In this document: positions 51,560 through 64,000 of the stretch, piece by piece
Position numbering within the stretch: the first letter of the stretch is position 1
Layout of the letters: every line of letters starts with the position of its first letter
From: Octopus sinensis
Lineage: Eukaryota
DNA: 64,000 bases
Reading direction: 5' to 3'
Assembly: GCF_006345805.1 (NCBI RefSeq)
Contig: NC_043000.1
Coordinates: 116,374,001 to 116,438,000 of the forward strand
The notes under the pieces: generated by a model
Seen by the model: the letters and a program-made list of their open reading frames with translations, nothing else
Told to the model about the DNA's origin: nothing
Database searches by the model: none
Made by a program: the position numbers and the translations under genes

Positions 51560-51995
51560 AGACAGCGAGCTGGCAGAACCGTTAGCACGCCGGGCGAAAT
51601 GCTTAGCAGTATTTCGTCTGCCGCTACGTTCTGAGTTCAAATTCCGCCACGGTCGACTTTGCCTTTCAAATTTTCGGGGTCGATTACATAAGTAGCAGTT
51701 ACACTCTGCGGTCAATATAATCGACTTAATCCGCTTGTCTGTCCTTGTTTGTCCCCTCTGTTTGTAGCCCCATGTGAGCAGTAAAGAAATAAGAATCGTT
51801 AGCACGCCGGGCAAAATGCTTCGCAGTATTTCGTCTGCCGCTACGTTCTGAGTTCAAATTCCGCCGAGGTCATCTTTGCCTTTCATCCTTTCGGGGTCGA
51901 TAAATTAAATACCAGTTGCGTACTGGAGTCGATATAATCGACTGGCCCCTCCCTCCAAATTTTGGGCCTTGTGCCTAGAGTAGAAAAGAATGTCA
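51560..51995 (+). mobile_element. B1-B3 SINE dimer
   Basis: Junction AAGAAATAAGAATCGTTAGC at ~51790. The second copy ends GGGCCTTGTGCCTAGAGTAGAAAAG. Confidence 0.88.
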
Positions 51996-52204
51996 GCAGT
52001 TAGAATGGTAGTGTTGCTTGTGATTTTGACGACGTTGTTACTGTTCAAATTTACGTTCTGGATTCAAATTTCGCCGATGTCGACTTTGTATGCTATCCTT
52101 TCGCAGTCGATAAAATAAGTACCTGTTGAGCTTTATGTCAAACTTTGATGCAGGTTGGTAAGACAGTTTCATTGAAATCAATTTAGGAACAATGTGGGTA
52201 ATTA

Positions 52205-52855
52205 TTCTTTTCTGCTCTAGGCACAAGGCCCGAAATTTTGGGAGAGGGAGCCAGTCGGTTAGATCGACCCCAGTACACAACTGGTACTTAATTTATTTAC
52301 CCTGAAAGGATAAACGGCAAAGTTGACCTCGGTGTAATTTGAACTCAGAAAGAAAGACAGACGAAATAGCGCTAAGAATTTCGTCCGGAGTGCTAACGTT
52401 TCTAATTTCTTTGTTACCCGCAAGGTGCTAAACATAGATAGGACAAACAAGGACAGACAAAGGGATTAAGTCGATTACATCGACACCAGTGCGTAACTGG
52501 TACTTAATTCATCGACCCCGAAAAGATGAAAGGCAAAGTCGACCTAGGCGGAATTTGAAACCAGAACGTAAAGACAGACGAAATGGCGCTAAGCATTTCG
52601 TCCGGAATGATAAATTTTCTTATTTCTTTACTGCCCATAAAGGTCTACACACAGAGGGGACCAACAAGAACAGACAAATGGATTAAGTCGATGATATCGG
52701 CCCCAGTGCGTAACTGGTACTTAATTCATCGAACCCGAAAAGATGAAAGGCAAAGTCGACCTCGGTGGAATTTGAACCCAGAACGTAAAGACAGACGAAA
52801 TAGCGCTAAGAATTTCGTCCGGAGTGCTAACGTTTCTACCAAATCACCCCCCTTA
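52205..52855 (-). mobile_element. Tandem array of three family B SINEs sharing private variants
   Basis: Shared GCGCTAAG(A/C)ATTTCGTCCGGA(G/A)TG in all three, and AATTCATCGA..GAAAAGATG in two. These variants are absent from other B copies in the window. Confidence 0.88.
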
Positions 52856-53394
52856 ATGTGAGTAATTATTGAGGAAAAAAAGTTAATCGATTACATCAAT
52901 CCCTTTACTTGAATAATATTTTATTTTATCGACTCCAGTAGCAAAGTTGACCTTGGTGGGATTTTGAAATCAGAACACAAAATGCCAAAGCAAATACTGA
53001 AAAGCAACAATCCCGATACTTTCATGTCTGTGCTAACCCATTACTCCTTTCTTTCTAACTTAGGTCTGAGATCATCAGTTTTGAGGCTGTGGAATGCGGA
53101 GGTGGTTAATAAAGTAACAGACCTCCAGTGCTTGACTGATAATCATTTTATTGAACTATGCACCGATGAAGGGCAAATTGATGCTGGCAAGGTTTAAACT
53201 CAAAACGAAAGTGCCGGAACAAACCTGCAAACATTTTACAGCAAAGTTCGAATGGTTGTGTCAATTTAACCACCTTTTCCTTCTAATTCAAGCTCGAGAA
53301 TATAAGTTTTTCACGCAGATAGAGTTAGTCTTTTAACTCGACCGTAATATTTGACTTATATTTATTTATACTATAAACTCCAAATAGATATATT

Positions 53395-54888
<1,494 letters not shown>

Positions 54889-55247
54889 GTGGGGAAAATA
54901 TTAAGATATAATGGGAGATATATGAAACGTTAGTGAGAAAGGAGAACCAATGGGTTTGGGTAAACATGTAGCTTTAAGTGGGTGAGTTTTAAAGAGATGT
55001 GTTTCAGTTTGAAATTTAAGAAAGTGTGAGAGAGGCAGAGAGATGAAGAGGAAGAGGCAGAAAGAAAGAGAGAGAGGGGAGGAGAGGGAGAAGGAGGGAG
55101 AGAGAGGGTGGAGGCTGATTGTAATTTCATAAATAGAAAAGAGTATGAATGCGAAAAATTGAAAAGGAAGTAAACCATATAGCTGCAAAAAAGGTACCTA
55201 CATAGATAGGAAGAGCGAATCTGTGTGTGTGTGAGTGTGTGTGTGTG

Positions 55248-55280
<33 letters not shown>

Positions 55281-57597
55281 CGCATATGTTTAGTGGTTTT
55301 GTAAGTATGGATAAGTGGATAACATCAATAGATAAATGGTTAGATAAAACTGAAGTGAAAGGAACAATCACGCTGATATGATGTGCGAAGTTATGCGCTA
55401 TAATTAAAAGCATACATTAGGAGTTAGAGAAGGAACGAGAGAGTTGCGATTGAGAAAGACATAGATCAAAATGGCTGCATGTGGAGAAGGGAGTGAGGGG
55501 CACAGAAAGAGAGAGAAAGAGAGAGAGAGGTGAGTGGAATAGGGTGAAAATGAAAGTGAGAAGTCGTAGCTTTATGGAAGAGCAATATAGGTGTCGAAGG
55601 AAAGTGCAGGTATTTAGTGGCAGTGGGAGGTAAGGAGTATACATAGAAACCAAGAGAGGAAGGAGGAGCAAAATAATTATGAATATTATGGCAGACAGAC
55701 ACGGGCCTGAGTGTGGGGTAGGATGTTTGCTTTCCAACCACATGGATCCGGGTTCAGTCCCACTGCGTTGCACATTGAGAAAGTGTCTTCTACTATAGCC
55801 TCGAGCCGAACAGAGCATCATAAGGGAATTTGGTATGTAGAATCCGAAAGAAGCTCTAGGTACACTTAGAAAGCGATACATTTTTGAGTGCAGAATTATC
55901 TCTGCGTATTAGCATACCAACAATCGAAGATGAATGAAAATTGGTCTTTACGATTCATCAAATTGACTGTACGTACACCACCAGCATCGGTATTATAATA
56001 TATGAAAGAAATTGTTGTATACAGTGCTCAGGTGCACTTCAGTTAAGGAAAGAAAAGCCATCAGGTGTATCGTTTGCAGATCTCAGGAGGCATGGAAATT
56101 TTGAAACATGTAGTGTTTCGACCGGTAACGACAGATGCGAGTAGTTTATTCCATGCTTCAATAATTTTTAGCGTGAAAAAATGTTTCCGAAAGTCATGGG
56201 TGCTGTGTTGATTTTTGATTTTGTAAGCATGCCTGACCTACATATGTTTCGAGTGCAGCGACTGCACATTGCTTTGTATGCATCACTCACGACGTTTCCA
56301 ATGTGAAATGATTCAAACAGGCGTCCTGCGTTGAAGATGGTGGTAGTGAAAAGGGATTCGATATAAAACTCAACATCCTTCATCTAGCCACCTATTTCAT
56401 ATTCCTCTGAAGTATGTGCACCAACAGACACGAGAGAATTAGTTTTATTTTGCATCAACAGAGAATGAAAAATATAATTCAAACCCAACAATCCTTTAAT
56501 TCAAAACAGTATTACACAATATGACCTCAAACGTACTGCCCTTACTTGAAACAAGGAAGAAATTAAGGAGACCGCATGAATTATTCCCAACTTTTTGCAA
56601 GCCCCTTGACGTCTGGGAAATATTTTATTTAGTTTCACAAACCCTACAGTGGAGTCACATGGCCTAGTGGTTAGAGCAACGGACTTGCGGTCGAGGGATC
56701 GCGAGTTCGAATCTTAGCCCGGGCCATATGTGTGTTTACGAGCGAAACACCTAAGTTCCACGCGGCTCCGGCAGAAGGTAATGGCGAACTTTTGCTGACT
56801 CTTTCGCTACAATTTTCTCTCACTCTTTCCTCCTGCATCTTGCAGCTCACCCGCGACCCCCGGCGTCCTGTCCAGGTGGGGAACCTATACACCAAGGAAA
56901 CCGGTCCTTATGAATCAGGCATGGCTCGAGAAGAAACAAACCCTACAGGTGTAAAATTACAGTTGAAGATAAAACAGTCGATTTTTAAACAATAATTTAT
57001 CTTTTAATTCAAGTACATACATCATTATAGAATAATAAAATCCTTGTTGTCTCCCAGGAGGGTAATTATGTCTACGAGAAACATAAGAATCGGTTCCATT
57101 CCACTTTTTATTATTATCATTAGTCAGTTAGTTATCCATTTAACAAATTAACTAATCGATTGTTTGATAAATCGGTCGTTCAGCATTTCATAGAACAAAA
57201 ATATTTTTAAGAGTAAGTAAATTGTTATTCCCGAATGTGATTTTAATAAAGTGAGTATATAACCACTTTGTCACACCCACTGAAATGTTAACTCGCACTC
57301 ACAGCTGATCCAAGCATCCTATGTTAGAACACAATGCCCCAGATTGTTGTTCGAAGTACCAAAAATAGAAGCCAAATCTCACTCACATAGTACATCACTG
57401 CATGAAAATGCAAGGAAAATGTGTAATATATTTCTTATCTGGAGAAGTGAAACGGACTTATTTTGGCTATATACTGTCCATTCATAGCTGATCTACAATT
57501 GTTTTGATCTAAGAACAACATAAACACATACAGCGCAACGTTTCCAGTGACTTAAACCTTATCCCAACTATTATTTACTGTTATAAATAGATCGCCA

Positions 57598-57945
57598 TGA
57601 TAGATCGCTAGTTACTACACATTCTTTATTTTCTCTCGTTGATTCTTTCTGCGTTCCTTTCTGTGGAAGAGCGTAGGCTCGAAACTTTAAAGACTTTTTC
57701 ACTTCGCGAGCGTTATACTAATACATCTGTTTGTTGTTGTCTACACCTCCTGTCTTCGTCTTTTGCTTTTTTGTGAATTCTCCTTATATATATATAGTAT
57801 TATTGGACGCTCAGGAAAGAAAGGAAGAAGGAGGGTTTAACGTTTCGAGCGGAGCTCTTCGTCGGAAACATAGGAGAAGGAAAGATCCAGAGAAGGGAAG
57901 ACAGAGGAAAAAAAATCGCCAACGGTACACACGAGGTCACATTTT
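57598..57945. mobile_element. H1 (+, 57598-57786) and H2 (-, 57797-57945) elements tail-to-tail across (TA)n
   Basis: The H2 reverse complement contains GTTT-CCGACGA-A-GAGC-TCC-GCTC-GAAAC-GT-T-AAAC. H1 and H2 share TCCTGAGCGT..TAATAC. Confidence 0.75.
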
Positions 57946-58502
57946 GAAGTATTTATATATACATACATACATATACTGAGGCGGTAACGATCCTCAAATC
58001 AGTTGTTTCATTTGCTAGAAAAAATAGTAGCCACAACTCTTTAAAACCAAATCGTAAATGCTTAAAACAATATAGAAAGACATATTGGATGATATAATTC
58101 TAGGAATACCTTGATATTCTTGCTCTATAGTCGGGAAGAAATGCAATGACTACGACCCTTTTCAGGGCATCCGGGAATGGGGACATGGAGACAGGAAGCT
58201 ACCATCAAACTGAGAATACGAATTCTTGCAGCAAGGATCTGCACTAAAGAGCCCCCCACCACCGAGGTGTCAGGTGGTTATTTTAACAAGGTTGTTGGAT
58301 TATTCTTAGAAGACCATTTGTGTATCTAAACACATACTGAAAACGGTGAGAGCAAATTCCGTAAGGTATCTGGTTCGACGTATCTAATAATGCCGTTGAT
58401 CTGCTGTCATCAATTAGTATATTTTATCGACTCCGAAAGGAAGAAAACTAAAGCTGCATTCGGCAGAATACTGGAAAATATACTGCGAAAAAGACAGCAA
58501 CA

Positions 58503-58810
58503 TAGTGAAGGCGCGTGCTTTCCTAACTGAGTGTATCCGGCTCATGATCGTAAGGTTCTGAGCTCAATTTCCCGCAGCGAGTTGTGTCCTTGAGCAAGAG
58601 ACTTTATTTTTCGTTGCGCTAGCCCATTCAGCTGAAAAAATGCACTGTAGCTGTATTTCACATTGTGTATCATGCTAAATCTTCCTGAGGAATACGTTAA
58701 GAGTACGCGTGTCTGTGGAGTCCTCAGCAACTTGCGCTTAAATTTCACGAGCAGGCTGTTCCATTCATCAACTGGAGCACCCGTCGTCGTAACCGACGGA
58801 AGGCCAGGAA
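58503..58810 (+). mobile_element. SINE family E: different head and centre, tail shared with C1
   Basis: Central TGTGTCCTTGAGCAAG. Tail AATCTTCCTGAGGAATACGTTAAGAGTACGCGTGTCTGTGGAG..AATTTCACGAGCAGG..GTAACCGACGG. Confidence 0.7.
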
Positions 58811-58813
58811 TGA

Positions 58814-58846
<33 letters not shown>

Positions 58847-59002
58847 TATATACACATATGTATATATATACATATATATATATACATATATATATACATA
58901 TAATATATAGATACATAATAATATATATAACATAATATATATATATATACATATATATATACATAAATAATAATATACATGTATACATATATATACATAT
59001 AT

Positions 59003-59280
59003 ATATAATATAATTCGAGACAAAACCACTATTTTAAAATATTGATATTTTTAGATCGAAAATCCACCTGAAAAATGTCAGTAGCAGACAGGAAACAATT
59101 GTAGTGGCCGTTTATTTAATTTATATTAAAATTTTATGTATTGATTAAGTCTTTCCTTGTTTGATTTTAAAATAGTGGTTTTGTCTCGAATTATATTATA
59201 TAATATTTTACTATAAAATTGGATTTAACCCTAAATCTGATTTTTCCCTGTAATTTTGGATTCATTCCCTAATATTTATT
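59003..59280 (+). mobile_element. Short element with a 38-bp perfect inverted repeat enclosing a hammerhead-like motif
   Basis: 59003-59040 vs 59164-59201. Motif CCAC-CTGAAAA-A-TGTC..GACA-G-GAAAC-AATT-GT-A-GTGG at 59064-59107. Confidence 0.65.
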
Positions 59281-59365
59281 ATTATACATATATATATATA
59301 TACATATAATATATACATATATACATATATATGTATACATATATATAACGTATATATATATATAC

Positions 59366-59400
<35 letters not shown>

Positions 59401-59552
59401 CATATATATATACATACACATATATATACATATATATATATATATACATACATATATTATACATACATATATATATATATATATACATATATATATACAT
59501 ATATATATATACATACATATATATATACATATATATATACATATATATATAC

Positions 59553-59587
<35 letters not shown>

Positions 59588-59807
59588 CACATGTATATAT
59601 ATATACATATTATTATATATATAATATATAATATATATATATATACATATATATACATATAATATATACATATATATATATATATATATATCATATATAT
59701 ATAGATATATACATATATATATATATATACATATGATAAAACGGTAAGATAACAAAAGAAAGAAAGAGACCTCAATATTATGTAAATAGAGGAAATTTAT
59801 CTATACA

Positions 59808-60951
59808 ATATGTTACATTACTCGGTAGTCAAGATAAAACTCTGAGTTTCAGATGCCGAAGTGGAAATCCACAACACCATCTCTTCGGTTATCTGGCTAT
59901 TTGAAAACGTTATGAAAAAATACCGTTAAAAATGAAGGGAAATTACTCTGTTATAACTCTGCTTTGCCTGCGTACTTATACATCGCTCGCATTTTTCGTC
60001 ATAAAAATTATATAAAAATACATAAAAATATATAAAAATATATAAAATCTTCTTGGGACATAACACAGAAAGCATGTTCTATCCGTTTTCTTTAGTGGTT
60101 ATAGAGTTTACGGTAGCTTCATATATGATGGTCTTGGACATGCAAGCTCCATTAGTTTTAGTTCAACTACCAATTTTAAAAACATAATCAATCATAACAT
60201 ACAAAAAACACAAGAAAACAGCTGTTCATGCAGGAATAAAGAATTGTGCCCGCTAAATGGAGCTTGCATGTCCAAGACCATCATATATGAAGCTACCGTA
60301 AACTCTATAACCACTAAAGACACCGTTTCGACGAAGAAATACGTGGGCCTGACAGAGGGTAATTTCAAGGCCAGGTTCAATAACCACACTTTGAGCTTTA
60401 GGCACTGGAACAAAAGAAAAGCGACACAATTATCCAATCATATTTGGTCTTTAAGAGATAAAGGTGTCGATTATAACATACAATGGAAGATTTTGGCCAG
60501 ATGTAAGCCCTATACTAACGGCAGCGGATGTGCGGTTTATGCGACATGGAGAGATGGCTTATCTGGAAAAGCAGCTTAGACCCTACCACATGTCTAAATA
60601 CAAGGACAGAGCTTTTCGGATCATGCCCACATGTGACTAAATTTCTGTTACGTTTTTGGTCCCCTAAAGAAAACGGATAGAACATGCTTTCTGTGTTATG
60701 TCCCAAGAAGATTTTATATATTTTTATATATTTTTATGTATTTTTATATAATTTTTATGACGAAAAATGCGAGCGATGTATAAGTACGCAGGCAAAGCAG
60801 AGTTATAACAGAGTAATTTCCCTTCATTTTTAACGGTATTTTTTCATAACGTTTTCAAATAGCCAGATAACCGAAGAGATGGTGTTGTGGATTTCCACTT
60901 CGGCATCTGAAACTCAGAGTTTTATCTTGACTACCGAGTAATGTAACATAT
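59808..60951 (+). mobile_element. 5'-truncated Penelope-like element: GIY-YIG endonuclease C-terminus, 3' terminus and an inverted copy of the terminus
   Basis: ..NIINHN..CSCRNKELCPLNGACMSKTIIYEATV..KKYVGLTEGNFKARFNNH..LSNHIWSLRDKG..IQWKIL, then after a frameshift CGLCDMERWLI..LNTRTELFGSCPHVTKFLL. 288-bp perfect IR (59808-60095 / 60664-60951). Confidence 0.9.
60865..60927 (+). ncRNA. Type I hammerhead-like ribozyme in the PLE 3' terminus
   Basis: Stem I AGATAA/TTATCT; core CCGAAGA; stem II GATG../CATC with a bulged T; GAAAC-TCAGA-G-T-T. Antisense copy at ~59832-59894. Confidence 0.6.
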
Positions 60952-61003
60952 GTATAGATATATATATATACATATATATATATACATATATATATATAAA
61001 TAC

Positions 61004-61095
<92 letters not shown>

Positions 61096-61398
61096 CATAT
61101 ATATATATATACATATATATTGCATAATATATACATATATATATATATATATGCATATATATATACATATATATTACATATATATATATTATATCTTATA
61201 TATATACATATATATATATATATATACATATATATACTATACATATATCTTATACACATATATATATACATATATATATATATGTACATACATATACATA
61301 TATATATAATATACATATATATATACATATACATATATATACATATACATATATATATATACATATACATATATATATATATACATACATATACATAT

Positions 61399-61432
<34 letters not shown>

Positions 61433-61589
61433 ATACATATACACATATACATATATACATATACATATACATATATATATACATATATATATATACATAT
61501 ATACATATATATATATATACATAATATATATACATATATATATACATATATATATATACACATATATATTAGACATAAATATATATATC

Positions 61590-61620
<31 letters not shown>

Positions 61621-61640
61621 TATATATTATGTATATATAT
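60952..61640. repeat. (TA)n/(TACA)n microsatellite tract (similar tracts at 58810-59000 and 59285-59735)
   Basis: Directly visible. Confidence 0.95.
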
Positions 61641-61800
61641 AATATATATATATACACAAGGACCTCGAACCCACAAGTGTAAACAAGAGAGACAGAGACG
61701 GGCAGAAACAAGGAAAATGCCACTTGTATTTGAACACTATACAAATATTTTTTAAAATAACTTTTCTTTTAATTTTCTAAATTTAACTATTTAATTGTTA

Positions 61801-61836
61801 CAGTTGAAAAAGTTTCAATGACTGAAACCGGTACTG
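61801..61836 (+). ncRNA. Minimal type I hammerhead-like motif with a U3-A8 core
   Basis: CAG-TTGAAAA-AGT(TTCAATG)ACT-GAAAC-CG-GT-A-CTG. Palindromic ACCGGT stem III and a GUA cleavage triplet. Confidence 0.55.
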
Positions 61837-61878
61837 AAATGTTTTTTATAAAATTATTTTAGCCTTGACTTTTTTTCC

Positions 61879-61921
<43 letters not shown>

Positions 61922-61924
<3 letters not shown>

Positions 61925-62155
61925 GTGTGTGTGTGTGTGTGTGTGTTTTGTGTGCGTGCATGTATGTGGCGCACGTGTGTACTATTAATAAATGACTCTT
62001 ACCGTACTTATCGTATTGCATTCCTGTAAAAATCACCTATTAAATAGATGAAACTAGCATATATAAGGAGAATTGAGTACCTTACTATCATCGTGGGTCC
62101 CTCCCTCATGAAACGGAATGCCTAACAATAGTACATACATGCATGCACTCTTACA

Positions 62156-62198
<43 letters not shown>

Positions 62199-62468
62199 TA
62201 TATATATATATAATAATATATATATATATATATATATATAGTGTGTGTGTGTGTGTGTGTTTTGTGTGCGTGCATGTATGTGTGCGCACGTGTACTATTA
62301 ATAAATGACTCTTACCGTACTTATCGTATTGCATTCCTGTAAAAATCACCTATTAAATAGATGAAACTAGCATATATAAGGAGAATTGAGTACCTTACTA
62401 TCATCGTGGGTCCCTCCCTCATGAAACGGAATGCCTAACAATAGTACATACATGCATGCACTCTTACA

Positions 62469-62520
<52 letters not shown>

Positions 62521-62525
62521 ATATA
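61922..62525. repeat. ~313-bp tandem duplication of a unique ~200-bp core bracketed by microsatellites
   Basis: ACTATTAATAAATGACTCTTACCG...CACTCTTACACGCGC is identical at ~61981 and ~62294. Confidence 0.9.
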
Positions 62526-62537
62526 TATATAATACAG

Positions 62538-62618
<81 letters not shown>

Positions 62619-63842
62619 CATAGATAGATTGATAGATAGAAAGATAGATAGATATTGGATGAGCAAAACGTATTGAAAATCAAATTGCCTTGCGCTGTGT
62701 ATATGTCTGTGAGTGTACATATTCATTTATAATCAATCTCTCGAGTCTCCCCCTGATAAAACATACAGTAAATATCACTGCGATGACAAACTGCCAGACG
62801 TATTTAGACGTGAATGTATAAACACAACATCAAAAACGCACTTAGCAAGAATCAGAAAGCGATATTAGAGAACCTGAAACATGGCAATATATTGTAATAT
62901 GTTAAATCGATATGATCAATATGTTTATTATTATTATGAACAAATACGTTTATATTACAAAAATAAACAATATTTATTACAAAAATAAACATTCTAACGG
63001 CAAGTATACAAGAATTAGGAAAATCATAAACGGTACAGGTAAAAATCAAATTGTAAATTAATTACTGCTACAAAAGATCCAATATATGATTTAAAAAAAT
63101 TATTGGCTCTGGGGCGATGAAAACAGGTTAAAGTACGCGGAGTAAAGCTGCTTGGCACAGATTGGCATTGAACTCTATCACGCATGCACACTATGTTAAG
63201 ACCTTCTGGCTTAAGACTGCATTCACAAAGTTACTCAGAAATATAACCGCATCATATACGCGAGTCACGTTGATAATATAATTATTGTGGCGGATACTGA
63301 CAAATAGACCGCAGGCAGCAATATATCTGTCTGTATCCGTCACAATAAAGTAAAACCATCGCTGAATATACACTCTACATAGTTCAAGCGTAACCCAACA
63401 AACAATACCATACTTGCCGAAGGGGATTGCTTCGAGTTATTCTAATTGTCTGTTGTCAACTAATTTAAAGGATCTTTAAAATCCGAAAGATTTGAAAATA
63501 TAAATCAGAAATGTTTATGAGTGAAAATGCCTTACTTAATGAATCATAGCTGGGCAGTTTATCATTTTACGCTATAGAAAAAAATAAAACAGCAAATGCA
63601 AGTACAAAGATTAAAGGTCGTATGAAATGGAAAAAAAATCACAAACCATGGTTGACGACAAAAACAAAATGACTGGTAGCCACGGAATAGAGGAATACCC
63701 AGTAAAAGCGTGAACAATCCAGCCACAGCGCTATAGAATATATTTCGGAAAACATTTCATTAACATGAAACTAAAGCTTTCAAGCAAAAGATCGCACATC
63801 TGAAAATAATTCAAACATGTAATTTCAATATTTAGACGGATG

Positions 63843-64000
63843 AAGGCGGCGAGCTGGCAGAAACGTTAGCACGCCGGGCGAGATGCGTAGCCGTATTTCG
63901 TCTGCCGTCACGTTCTAAGTTCAAATTCCGCCGAGGTCGACTTTGCCTTTCATCCTTTCAGGTTCGATTAATTAAGTACCAGTTACACACTGAGGTCGAT
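63843..64000 (+). mobile_element. SINE family B, cut by the window end
   Basis: Intact head and central domain. Confidence 0.9.

Noticed and set aside
53163-53200. CCGATGAAGGGC as another U4C hammerhead
   Set aside because: It derives from a decayed SINE B central domain (CCCGAAAGGATGAAAGGCAAAG) and has no stems or GAAAC/NUH.
56168-56383. 71-aa ORF MKDVEFYIESLF..
   Set aside because: No recognisable homology or exon boundaries; within the random expectation for six-frame ORFs.

Overview
AT-rich, microsatellite-saturated animal genomic DNA. The repeat landscape most resembles an octopus/coleoid cephalopod genome; this is inferred from recalled octopus tRNA-derived SINE architectures, not from a database search. 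I could not confidently recognise any host protein-coding exon, rRNA, true tRNA gene or CRISPR array, and most long ORFs in the track are translations of (TA)n/(CA)n/(TATG)n repeats or SINEs. Supported content: about 40 tRNA-derived SINE copies in several modular families (labelled A-E here); a 3' CR1-group LINE RT fragment after a 100-N gap plus three CR1 relics; two R4/NeSL-type (RLE) LINE 3' ends; a Penelope-like element (PLE) with a GIY-YIG endonuclease C-terminus and inverted termini; a decayed Tc1 transposon with a nested pogo-like MITE; a non-autonomous Helentron-like element; several MITEs and palindromes; and a gag/ORF1-like zinc-knuckle ORF between inverted TGTTATGTCGCAC-type termini. 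The most interesting signal is a set of at least six unrelated type I hammerhead-ribozyme-like folds, found by eye. They include a 73-nt tandem hammerhead minisatellite at 44.3-44.8 kb. They have intact stem I/II/III pairing but recurrent non-canonical cores (U4C in four families, A6U, U3-A8 covariation, an extra A after A9). All coordinates were read manually and may be off by a few bases; SINE and relic boundaries are approximate.
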